Origin: Planctomycetaceae bacterium
Lineage (GTDB): Bacteria; Planctomycetota; PLA2
Direction: 5' to 3'
DNA: 64,000 nucleotides
Assembly (NCBI GenBank): GCA_052388375.1
Contig: JBQTIG010000081.1
Coordinates: 20,215-84,214 of the forward strand
The notes under the pieces were generated by a model, which was not told the DNA's origin, did no database searches, and saw nothing but the letters and a program-made list of their open reading frames with translations. The position numbers were made by a program, and so were the translations under genes. Shown here piece after piece: positions 8,547 through 17,700 of the stretch. Position 1 is the stretch's first letter. Every line of letters begins with the position of its first letter.

Positions 8547-9638
8547 TCAGATGTTGAAGAAGAACTCCGGGATCGTGACGATGTACTTGAGATTGAAGAG
8601 CCAGCGCCCCAGCATCTTGAGCGGCAGCGAGATCATGCAGAGCAGCAGCATGGCCACGATGGAGAACCGCACGAAGCCGAGGGGCTTGAAGAGCGGCTTC
8701 AGGACCGTCTTGGCGAGGATCGCGGGGCCGATGGCGAAGTAGCCCAGAACCATGAGGATGCCGAAGATCTCGCGCTGGAGCCAGTGCGCGGGCCGCCCCA
8801 GCTTGAGCATCTTGACCCAGACGATCTCGGAGACGTCGATGTTGTTGAGCGGCACCTGCAGGTGCGGATCCCACTTGTCGTAGGGGCCGAAGAAGTTCCA
8901 GTTCGCCCCTCGCAGGAAGGTGCCGATGAAGATGAGCACCACCCAGAAGATGAAGAACCCGAAGAGGAACACGGTGATCGAGAAGCGCCGCTCCTGGATC
9001 GTGAAGTACCCGTTGCCCTTCGGATTCATGTCCACGTAGGGGATCGCCACGAGCCCGACGATGATGAGGGTGGGGAAGACGACGCCGGCCAGCCAGGGGT
9101 CGAAATAGACCAGCATCTCCTGCAGCCCGAGGAAGTACCAGGGCGCCTTGGAGGGGTTGGGCGTGAAGGCCGCGGAGGCGGGCTCCTCCAGGGGCGCGCG
9201 GATGCCGACCGACCAGACCGTGAGCAGCGCGCTCACCGCGAGAAGGCAGATGAACTCGATCATCACCAGGTCGGGCCAGACCAGCACGGTCTCGCGGCGG
9301 TGGACCGCCTCCAGCGGCGGCTCGTCCCGCTCCGCCCGCTCGTCGTTGAGGGCGGCGCGGCGGAGGCAGAGCCAGAAGAGGAAGAGCACCGAGAAGACGA
9401 GCAGGACGATCGGGATGTTGTCCGGCTTGGTGATGACCTTCTTGAAGTTGTCGTTCCAGAGGCTCCCCACGAACCACCCGAGGAAGGCGAGGCCGATGAC
9501 TCCGGCCACCTTCGGGCGCGAGACGACCCGGTAGTACTTGAGCGCCAGCACGAGCGCCACCGAGGAGACCGGCAGCAGGATCTCCGGCCTCGTGAGGAAG
9601 GTGACCGCCGGGCGGATGACGTCTTGGAAGAGGTCCAT
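8547..9638 (-). CDS. Cytochrome b C-terminal half (b6f subunit IV-like, extended)
   Basis: 363 aa, multi-TM. It has a PEWY-region equivalent (KAPWYFLGLQEM) and the Qo-site region, and follows the b6-like gene. Confidence 0.75.
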   Translation of the reverse strand: MDLFQDVIRPAVTFLTRPEILLPVSSVALVLALKYYRVVSRPKVAGVIGLAFLGWFVGSLWNDNFKKVITKPDNIPIVLLVFSVLFLFWLCLRRAALNDERAERDEPPLEAVHRRETVLVWPDLVMIEFICLLAVSALLTVWSVGIRAPLEEPASAAFTPNPSKAPWYFLGLQEMLVYFDPWLAGVVFPTLIIVGLVAIPYVDMNPKGNGYFTIQERRFSITVFLFGFFIFWVVLIFIGTFLRGANWNFFGPYDKWDPHLQVPLNNIDVSEIVWVKMLKLGRPAHWLQREIFGILMVLGYFAIGPAILAKTVLKPLFKPLGFVRFSIVAMLLLCMISLPLKMLGRWLFNLKYIVTIPEFFFNI

Positions 9639-9647
9639 GGCTTCCTG

Positions 9648-10463
9648 CTACAGGGGCCCGGAGATGCCGCCGTCCTTGCGCACGCGCCAGAAGTGGACCG
9701 CCATGAGCGTGATCGCGATGACCGGGACGAACACGCAGTGGAGCACGTAGAAGCGCAGGAGCGCGTTCTCGCCCACGAACCTCCCTCCCAGGAGAGCGAA
9801 CCGCACGTCCGACCCCGCCGTGACCAGGGGGATCCCGTCCAGCTGGAAGAGCATCGCACCTGGCCCCTCGTGGCCCTGGAAGGGCGTCGCGCGCGCCATG
9901 TTGGAGCCGACCGTCACCGCCCAGATGGCCAACTGGTCCCAGGGGAGCAGATAGCCGGTGAAGGACAAGAGCAGGGTCAGCACGAGGAGGAGCACGCCGA
10001 TCACCCAGTTGAACTCCCGCGGCGGCTTGTAGGAGCCGGTCATGAAGACCCGGAACATGTGGAGCCAGACCGTGAGCACCATGGCGTGCGCGCCCCAACG
10101 GTGGAGCTCGCGCATGTAGCCGAGCGGGATGCTCTCGCGCAGCTCCTGGATGTTGTTGTAGGCCTCGGCGGCGACCGGCTTGTAATAGAACATGAGGAGG
10201 ATGCCGGTCACCGTCTCCACGAGGAAGAGGAAGAAGGTGACCCCTCCCATGCACCACGTGAAGGAGAGCGCAATGCCGCTCTTCCGGACGCGCACCGGAT
10301 GCAGGTGAAGGAAGACGTTGCTCAGCACGGCGAGCGCGCGGTTGCGCTGCGTGTCGGGATAGCCGTGCCGGAAGATCGACTTCCAGAACTGCGTCTGCCG
10401 GAGCTTTCCGAAGAGGCTCACCTTCGGTTTGCCGGGCTTGGGGGATTGGGTTGCCGTCGCCAT
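9648..10463 (-). CDS. Cytochrome b6-like protein (N-terminal half of cytochrome b, heme bL/bH ligands)
   Basis: 271 aa with four TM helices and conserved His pairs (LHLHPVRV..., [18 protein letters not shown]..., VLHCVFVP). ATG at cat 10461-10463. Confidence 0.8.
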   Translation of the reverse strand: MATATQSPKPGKPKVSLFGKLRQTQFWKSIFRHGYPDTQRNRALAVLSNVFLHLHPVRVRKSGIALSFTWCMGGVTFFLFLVETVTGILLMFYYKPVAAEAYNNIQELRESIPLGYMRELHRWGAHAMVLTVWLHMFRVFMTGSYKPPREFNWVIGVLLLVLTLLLSFTGYLLPWDQLAIWAVTVGSNMARATPFQGHEGPGAMLFQLDGIPLVTAGSDVRFALLGGRFVGENALLRFYVLHCVFVPVIAITLMAVHFWRVRKDGGISGPL

Positions 10464-10477
10464 GGTCGTTCAGCTGC

Positions 10478-11494
10478 TCAAGGCGTCCTCTTCCATCGGG
10501 CCAGCGCCGCGCGCGCGCGCTGGCGCACTTCCGGGTCTCCTTCGTGGTCCGCGTCCGCCCGCCTTTGCAGGAGCGCCAGCAACTCGGGATCGTCCCCGGC
10601 CTCGAGGAGCACCAGGGTGTCGATGGTGTGGAGGATCAGGTTTCCCTGCACGGCGTACTGGTCCATCCCGCTGCCGTCGCGGTCGAACTCGATCTTGCCC
10701 AGCCGTTCGCGGTCGAGCATGGTCTTCAGGACCGGGAGCGCCGCCTCCCGCTCCCGCGCCCGTCCCAGGATGATCGCCGCCTGGAAGCGCACATCCTCGT
10801 TCCGGTCCCCCAGGAGATCGAGGGCCAGTTCGCGGGTCTTGGACGAGAGGATGATGCGGCCCCCCTCGGGCTCCCCCGGCGCCTGGTCGAGGAGGGCGAG
10901 GGCGAGGAGGGCGGCCTGGCGCGTGCCCGGGTCGCTGTCCCGGGCCATCGTCAGCATCCTCTCGCTCGAGCCGTGGTCCCGAAAACGCCCCAGGGCGAGA
11001 AGCGCGTAGGATCGGAGGACCGGGCTGGCGTCGTCGAGTGCGGAACGCACCGCCCCGAGCGAGGCCGGGTCCCCGATGAGCGCCAGCGTGAGCAGGAGGT
11101 GCTGCGCGGGTCGGGGGTCTTCGTCCCGGCGCGCCTTGGCGAGGGACTCCTCGAGGGCGCGGACCAGCCGGGGGTCGCGGAACTCCTCGGGCACCGTGAA
11201 TACCCCGCCGTTCTGGACGGCCGCCTTCCTCACCCGGGCGCTCACCTCGAAGGCCGCCTGCCAGCGGCGATTGACCGTGTCCCCCCTGAGCATCTCGACG
11301 AAGTCGAGGGCGGTGGTCGGCTCGTTCCCCACCAGCCACTTCACGCCGACGAAGATCCCCACCGCGACGCAGGTGATGAGGAGCGGGATGGCGAAAAACT
11401 GCACGACCGTCGCCATCACGCCGGCCTTGGGGACGCTGCCGAAATCGGCGTACGAGGCGGGGGTTCCCTTGGGCTCGACGGGCGTCTCGGTCAT
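10478..11494 (-). CDS. Membrane-anchored HEAT/PBS-lyase-like repeat protein, first gene of the respiratory operon
   Basis: 338 aa. An N-terminal TM helix (VMATVVQFFAIPLLITCVAVGIFV) is followed by repeated alpha-helical A/L-rich units with LALIGDP, LLALGR and LLALALLDQ motifs typical of HEAT-like repeats. Confidence 0.5.
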   Translation of the reverse strand: MTETPVEPKGTPASYADFGSVPKAGVMATVVQFFAIPLLITCVAVGIFVGVKWLVGNEPTTALDFVEMLRGDTVNRRWQAAFEVSARVRKAAVQNGGVFTVPEEFRDPRLVRALEESLAKARRDEDPRPAQHLLLTLALIGDPASLGAVRSALDDASPVLRSYALLALGRFRDHGSSERMLTMARDSDPGTRQAALLALALLDQAPGEPEGGRIILSSKTRELALDLLGDRNEDVRFQAAIILGRAREREAALPVLKTMLDRERLGKIEFDRDGSGMDQYAVQGNLILHTIDTLVLLEAGDDPELLALLQRRADADHEGDPEVRQRARAALARWKRTP

Positions 11495-11627
11495 GGCGAA
11501 GGGACCTGGCGGACTCGTCCGAAAACCGAAAGTCCGTGGACAGATCCTGGGCGTCGTAACCTACTGGCCTGGCTCGCTCTCCGCAAGTTTTCCCAGGCCG
11601 GCGTGCTATCCTCCCGGTCCACGCCGC

Positions 11628-12080
11628 ATGCGCATTTTCACCCTTCTCGGCGGGCCTTCCGCCATCGGCGAGGCGGAGCGCCTCTCCACCGCGGTCCGTG
11701 CCTTCAACGCGGGGGTGGATTTCCGGTTGCGCTTCCTCCACATCGAAATCGACGAGATGCACGCGACCCCGGCTTCCGCGCAGGCGGAGCTCGCGGCTCG
11801 GGTCGCGCGTGCCCAGATCACGGCCATTCCCGATCGCGGAGCCCTGTTCGCGGCCGCGGCGCTCGGGCTAGCCATCGCCGAGGCGCGGCCGGACCTGGTC
11901 GTGGTCGTGGGGCACGGGGAGCTGGCCGAGCCGGGGGTCGCCGCCGCGGCCGCGGCAGGGTATCGCCTTGCCCTATTCGGGCATGGCCGGCGGCCGGCGC
12001 ACGGGGCGGTCGACCTGGGGGAGGACCCCGAACAGGCCCTCGAGACGATGCAGACCCTGGTACGGGAGATCCAGAAATGA
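11628..12080 (+). CDS. Small hypothetical protein with weak resemblance to the N-terminal Rossmann half of UDP-GlcNAc 2-epimerase-like enzymes
   Basis: ATG at 11628: MRIFTLLGGPSAIGEAERL...ARPDLVVVVGHGELA...RLALFGHG... Its stop TGA (12078-12080) overlaps the ATG (12077) of the carbamoyltransferase. Confidence 0.35.
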   Translation: MRIFTLLGGPSAIGEAERLSTAVRAFNAGVDFRLRFLHIEIDEMHATPASAQAELAARVARAQITAIPDRGALFAAAALGLAIAEARPDLVVVVGHGELAEPGVAAAAAAGYRLALFGHGRRPAHGAVDLGEDPEQALETMQTLVREIQK

Positions 12081-13759
12081 ACGTCCTGGGCATCGGAGGG
12101 CTGGGATACAAGGACAGTTCGGCGGCCCTGCTCTCCGACGGGCACGTCATCGCCGCCGCCGCCGAGGAGCGCTTCACCGGAACCAAGCACGAGGGGGGGT
12201 TCCCCCACGAGGCGGTCCGGTTCTGCCTCGGGCGGGCCGGGATCACCCACCGCGACCTGGAGGCGGTGGCCGTGGCGGGCAACCCCTGGCTCCCGATGCG
12301 CGAAAAGGTTATGAAGTGGTACGGCGAGGGGTTCCTGAAGTCCCGCACCGCCAACGTCTACCGTATCTTCCAGGACGAGGGGCACCGGCTCGTGGACTAC
12401 CTGCGGACTCTCGAGGGGATCGCGGACGCAGGCGTCGAGGTGAAGGAGGTGCGCCATGTCCTCTCCCACATGGCGGCCGCGGGCTTCGCCTCCCCATTCG
12501 AGACCGCCGCTGTGCTCTGCCTCGACGGGCGCGGCGAGATCTCCACCACCGGGTACGGGCGGGTGGCGGGCCTCGAACTCGAGACCTACGCCATGGCACG
12601 CATGCCCGACTCCCTGGGCCTGCTCTACGCGCTGGTGGCGGACCACCTCGGCTTCTCCGATCTCGACGACGAGTTCCGGCTCATCTCCATCTCCCCCACC
12701 GGGACACCGACCCTCCTCGAGCCGATGCGCGGCCTCGTGCGCGTGGCGGGGGACGCCACCTACACCTTGAACCCCGACTACTTCGGATACCACCAGGGGC
12801 GCGCTTACCTCTCCGAGCGGTTCGCCTCCGAGTTCGGTCCCCCGCGCCCCTCCAACCTCCCTCTCGAAGATCGCCACCGCGACCTGGCCGCCAGCCTCCA
12901 CGCCGTCATCCTCGAGGTGGTGCTGGAGATGGCCCGGAAGGCGCGGGAGCGGTCGGGCCAGTCCCGGCTCTGCCTTGCGGGGAGCCTCGCGCAAAACTGG
13001 GCCCTGGTGGGCGCGATCTGCGAGGCGAATCTCTTCGACGATGTCTACGTTCCGCCCTCGCCGGGGGACGACGGCATCGCCCTGGGCGCCGCGCTCCACC
13101 TCTACCACGCGGATCGGAAGCGCCCGCGCACCCAGCCGCTCCTGCGCGCGGATCTCGGCCCCGCCTACGCCGAACGGGAGATCGCGGACGAGCTCGCGCG
13201 ACTCAAGCTGAAGGCGGCGAAGCCGGCCGACCTGGTCACGGCGGTGGCGGAGCGGATCGCGCGGGGCGAAATCGTGGGGTGGTTCCAGGGGGGCGCGGAG
13301 TTCGGCCCCCGGGCGCTGGGCCACCGGAGCATCCTCGCCGACCCGACCAACCCGGCCACCCGGGCGCGCCTCGTCGCGTCGGTGAAGATGCGCTCGGAGG
13401 TGCACCCCTTCGGGCTCAGCGTGGCGCGCGAGGCGGTGGCGACGCTTTTCGCCGACGTCACGGAGTCCCCCTTCCTGGAGCGGACCGGCCTGCTGCGCGA
13501 GGCGGTGCGGGCGAAGCTGCCCGCGGTCGCCTCGCCGAACGGCCGCACCCGCGTGCAGGTGGTGGACGCGTCGCGCCAGCCGCTCTTCCACAAGATCCTG
13601 CTGGCCCTCGGCTCCCGCAACGGCGTGCCCGCGGCGCTCAACACCTCGCTCAACGAGGCGGGCCGCCCCATCGCGACCTCCCCGCGCGACGCCATCGCGT
13701 GCCTCTACACCAGCGGCCTCGACGCCCTCGCCCTGGGGCCCTTCGTCGTCTCCAAGTGA
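12077..13759 (+). CDS. Carbamoyltransferase (NodU/CmcH/NovN family)
   Basis: 560 aa. MNVLGIGGLGYKDSSAALLSDGHVIAAAAEERFTGTKHEGGFP..., plus the C-terminal YrdC-like domain motifs (GWFQGGAEFGPRALGHRSIL, NTSLNEAGRPI). Confidence 0.8.
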   Translation: MNVLGIGGLGYKDSSAALLSDGHVIAAAAEERFTGTKHEGGFPHEAVRFCLGRAGITHRDLEAVAVAGNPWLPMREKVMKWYGEGFLKSRTANVYRIFQDEGHRLVDYLRTLEGIADAGVEVKEVRHVLSHMAAAGFASPFETAAVLCLDGRGEISTTGYGRVAGLELETYAMARMPDSLGLLYALVADHLGFSDLDDEFRLISISPTGTPTLLEPMRGLVRVAGDATYTLNPDYFGYHQGRAYLSERFASEFGPPRPSNLPLEDRHRDLAASLHAVILEVVLEMARKARERSGQSRLCLAGSLAQNWALVGAICEANLFDDVYVPPSPGDDGIALGAALHLYHADRKRPRTQPLLRADLGPAYAEREIADELARLKLKAAKPADLVTAVAERIARGEIVGWFQGGAEFGPRALGHRSILADPTNPATRARLVASVKMRSEVHPFGLSVAREAVATLFADVTESPFLERTGLLREAVRAKLPAVASPNGRTRVQVVDASRQPLFHKILLALGSRNGVPAALNTSLNEAGRPIATSPRDAIACLYTSGLDALALGPFVVSK

Positions 13760-14538
13760 CGGAGCGCCCGGCGTTGCTGGAGTTCGCCGTGGCGGCCGCT
13801 CGCGAGGCGGGCGCCTTCGCGATGCGGCTCTTTCGGTCCGACGCTCTGCAGGTGAAGGAGAAGCAGGACAGGTCGCCGGTGACCCAGGCCGACCGCGGCG
13901 CCGAGCAGCTCCTGCGCGAGCGCATCCACGCGGCCTACCCGGGCGACGGCATCCTCGGCGAGGAGTACGGCGAGGAGCCGAGCCGCACGGGACGGATCTG
14001 GATCCTCGATCCTATCGACGGCACCCGGGCCTATCTGCGCGGCATCCCCTTCTTCTCCGTCCTGGTCGGCGTGGAGGAGGAGGGAGAGAGCGTCGCGGGG
14101 GTGGCGCACTTCCCCGCGCTCGGCGAGACGATGGCCGCGGCGCGGGGGCAGGGCGCCGTCTGGATGCCGGGGGAGGGGGGCGGGGCCCGCCCCGCGCGCG
14201 TCTCCGCCGTTTCCGCGCTCGCGGACTCCTTCCTCTGCCTCACCTCGGCGCGCGGCTTCCTGAAAACGGGCCGCGCCCACGCGCTCGAGCGCCTCAACAC
14301 CGCCACCGCGCTCCAGCGCGGGTATGGGGACGCCTACGGCCACATGCTCGTCGCCACCGGCCGCGCGGAGCTGATGCTCGACCCGATCATGGCGGTCTGG
14401 GACTGCGCGGCCCTGGCGCCCATCGTGGAGGAGGCGGGCGGGCGCTTCACCGACTTCACCGGCGCCCGGACGATTCGCGGCGGCAACGCGCTCTCCACCA
14501 ATGGCCGCATCCACGACGCGGTGCTGGCGCTGCTGTAG
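13756..14538 (+). CDS. Inositol monophosphatase/HisN-like family phosphatase
   Basis: GTG at 13756 overlaps the upstream stop. Motifs WILDPIDGT, EEYGEE and WDCAAL characteristic of the IMPase/FIG superfamily. Confidence 0.75.
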   Translation: MTERPALLEFAVAAAREAGAFAMRLFRSDALQVKEKQDRSPVTQADRGAEQLLRERIHAAYPGDGILGEEYGEEPSRTGRIWILDPIDGTRAYLRGIPFFSVLVGVEEEGESVAGVAHFPALGETMAAARGQGAVWMPGEGGGARPARVSAVSALADSFLCLTSARGFLKTGRAHALERLNTATALQRGYGDAYGHMLVATGRAELMLDPIMAVWDCAALAPIVEEAGGRFTDFTGARTIRGGNALSTNGRIHDAVLALL

Positions 14539-14688
14539 GAGCCTATCCGAAAAACCGGCGCCAACACCCAGGCCGAGCGCGCGGGCCGAGCGCGAGCCCC
14601 GACGACGAAGCCGTAGTGGCGAACTACGGCGATGGAGGAGAGGCGAAGCGATCGGCCCGCGCATCCGGCCGAATGTAGCCGGGCGTTC
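14538..14688. mobile_element. MITE-like ~150 bp repeat element, copy 1, with terminal inverted repeats GGAGCCTATCCGAA / TTCGGATAGGCTC
   Basis: It starts at the stop codon of the phosphatase gene. Its termini are perfect inverted repeats. Internal palindromic segments (gccgtagtggcgaactacggc) are present. A second copy in reverse orientation lies at 32282-32442. Confidence 0.75.
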
Positions 14689-14735
14689 GGATAGGCTCTT
14701 GTACCGCCCGCCTCCGCCCGGGACGCGGGCCGAAC

Positions 14736-17700
14736 TCAGGGCAGGAGGTCGGGACGGATCCGCTCCGCCTGGGCCGCGTGCGGCGACGAAGGGAAGGAGC
14801 GGCCGCGGTCCTTGAGGAAGGGCAGCGCGCGCAAGCGCAGGTTCGGACTCTGCACCGTGCCGACCACGCGCACCTCGTAGACCATGCGATGCCAGAGGTT
14901 GCGAATCGTGGAGAGGATGGGAATGTCGAGGAGGCGCGGAAGATCGATGAGGCGGGTCACCTGGGGGTTGATCACCAGGTCGAGGTCGCCGTAGATCGAC
15001 GCGGTCCCGCTGCCGTAGATGTCGCTCACCGGAGTGGAGAGGTGCATCCGCTTCACGTCGATGGTCTCCCCGCGAATCTCATACTCGATCACGGCGTCCC
15101 GGAAGCGGGGGCGCGCGCGGATCGGCGTCACGGCGCCCAGGACGCTCAGGATGGTGCGAAAGAACGGGATCTCGAACAGCTCCCCTTCACGCACGCGGAT
15201 CTCCCCGCGCCCCGCCATGTCGACCGCGTCTCCGCTCGGGGACTCCACCTCGATGACCGCGTCGACGCGGCCCGCCATGGGGTCCTCGGCGGGGCGGTCC
15301 CCGCGCAGGAACTTGCCCAGATCGACGTCGGCCGCCTGGAGGCGGATGCGAAAGGCGCCCGGATCGGCCAGATGGATCTGCACCTCGCCGCGCAGGGATC
15401 CGTCGTAGAAGCGGCCGACGACCTCCCCCAGCCGCACGTGGTACGGGTCGATCTCCAGATTGAGAGCGAGCCCCTCGATCTGGCGGCCGAAGGCGAGGAG
15501 CGTCCCGTCCAGGATCGCGCCCCGGATGGCCAGCCCCTCGCCGAGCCTTCCTTCGCCGACAAGCAGTTGGCCATGCAGGTCTGCGAGGCCGGCGGGGAGT
15601 TTCATGTTGAGGCCGCGGTAGCGGATCAGCCCGGAGAAGGTGGGCGTCTCCCCCGGCGTCAACGTGATGGGGGCCAATTCCAGTGCTCCCGTGGGTTCCA
15701 GGGTCCCCTGCTGCTCCTGGAGCATCGCCTGCCGCCGCAGATCGACGGCGCCGGCCAGGACGACACGGCCGTCGGCCCGGTTGAAATTGAGCTCGAACGC
15801 CTCCAGGTCGATGCGCACGTTGCTCCCCAGGACCTTCCCGATCCCGGATCCGAGCAGGGCGCCCAGGTGCGCCACCGGATGGATCCCCTTGGCGTCGAGG
15901 AGGACGCGGCCCCCGCCGCCCCGCTCCAACGCCAGCCGTGCCTCGCGGACGCGCACGTAACCCCCGTCCGCCTCGATCCAGAGTTCGCCCGAGCGAAACG
16001 TTCCCGGGGCAAAGCCGATGGGGCCGCCGCGCACGCGCATCGGGGTTCCTCCCACGACGGCGTTCAGGTCGAGGTCGGACGCCTCCGCATCGATCTCGAT
16101 GCGTTCCTCGGGGCGCTTCCGAAGCGCGCGCAGCTTCAGGTCGAGCATGCTCGGCATGGAGACCGAGAGGCGGCGCAACTCCCGTCCAAGCTCCGGCATC
16201 GTCTCGCCGAGGATCTCCTGGAGTTCCGGCTGCAGCCCGAGCCGCTGGAGGCTCACCGCAAGGTCGAGGACCCCGTCGCCTTGGATGAGTCCGTCCACGG
16301 CGAGGCTCCCCTGGGGAAGCAGCCCGCGCAGCTCCCGGACGCGCACGATGCCCTGCCGGTAGGAGAGGGCGCCTTCCAGGTTCCGGATGGGGTAGTCGAT
16401 TGCGCCATAGCCGGCGAGGGAGACGGTGCCTCCCAGCTCCAGGTCGATGTCGGCGCTCTCGGCGGACCGGACAAAGACATCCGCGTCGATGCGTCCCGAA
16501 GGCCGCACGCGCCTCCAGAGCGACTCCACCGACCAGCCGGCCACGCTGGAGCGGCCCACCGCGGCTTCGAGATCGGGCCCAAGCACGAGACCCTTCAGGT
16601 GCACGTGGACGTTGAGGTCGTCCTTCCCCGCCTCGTCCTCCAGCACCCAGCCCGCCGCGACGACGCGCCCGCCGTCCCGCGCGGTTCCCTCGAGGCGCAC
16701 CAGCTCCATTTCGCGCCGCGACTTCCCTCCCGCGGATTTCGGGGGAAGGGCCCGGGAGACGACGAGGCCGGTGAGTCCGTCGACGTGCAGCGGGAAGGCG
16801 TGGTAGGCCAGGGTGCAGTCGCGGAGGAAGACCTCGTAGTCGGCGAGGGCGACGACGAGCCCGAACGCATCCTGCTTCACGTGTACGTTGACGTACTCCG
16901 CGCTCCCGTCGAGCGTGAACCCGCGATAGGGGATGCCCTCCCGCGCGCTCGCGAACGCCTCGTTCAGGTCCGCATCCACGGGGAGAGCCAGGACCCGGAT
17001 CCGCACGTCGGCGTCCTCTGGCTCCCCGGGCGCTTGCAGGTAGGCCACCACCCGGCCCCGTCCCGCGACCCGGACGCGGTCCGGCGCCCCGGGCCGCGGG
17101 GCGCGGACGGGACGGGATGCGTCGATCCGCACGAGATCGACGACGCGGGCCAGCCCGCGAGGCGTGCGTACGCCGGAGCGCAGCTCGATTCGGCCGCGGC
17201 ACTCCTCGAGGGGATAGCGGAATCCGTAGCGGCGGCCCGTGGCGTCGTCGAGGGGCCCGGCATAGTTGAAGTGTCCCCCGTCGAGCTCCAGGACGGCGTG
17301 GACGTTCTCCGGCAGCCCGAGCCGTCGCGAGATGGAGAGATCGAGGTCGAAGGTCCCCGCCGGCTCGTACTTGTCCACGATGCTCTCGACCGTCTTGGAG
17401 GCCAAGAGCAGCCGGAGGTCCGCGGTGGTCGCGTGCAGATTCGCGCCGAAGAGGTGCAGATCGAGGTCGGTCCCCGCCCGGTCCAGGATCGCGTCGAAGC
17501 TTGCCCCGACCTGGCCGGTGCGGCCGCTGGGGCTCACGTAGCTTCCCTTCAGCCCGATCAGCTTGAGCCGCCCGCCGTCGAGCACGACCATGCCGCGCCC
17601 GTCCCGGAAGCCGAACGGGTAGCCCTCGGGCCTCCCGCTCTGCAGGTTGCCGAAACGGCCGGCGAGTCCGGAGAGATCCGCGCGCCCGTAGAGATAGGAG

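Noticed and set aside
6123-8557. ORFs 6125..8557 (+), 6123..7466 (-) and 6175..7104 (-) overlapping the octaheme cytochrome gene
   Set aside because: They have no motifs, low-complexity R/G/A composition, and overlap a gene with eight CxxCH motifs in another frame.
8493-11009. Plus-strand 838-aa ORF over the cytochrome b genes, and ORF 8530..10257 (-)
   Set aside because: They are antisense or off-frame to two clearly conserved cytochrome b halves.
11515-11545. gaaagtccg motif reminiscent of the RNase P RNA P4 region in the 11495-11627 spacer
   Set aside because: The spacer is about 130 nt, whereas RNase P RNA needs 350+ nt. It has no flanking conserved helices. It is more likely a divergent promoter region.
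10451-12077. 5' portion of the ORF-track entry 10451..13759 (1102 aa)
   Set aside because: Only the part from ATG 12077 onward is carbamoyltransferase. The upstream two thirds is read-through antisense to the HEAT gene, across the spacer and across the small 11628 gene.
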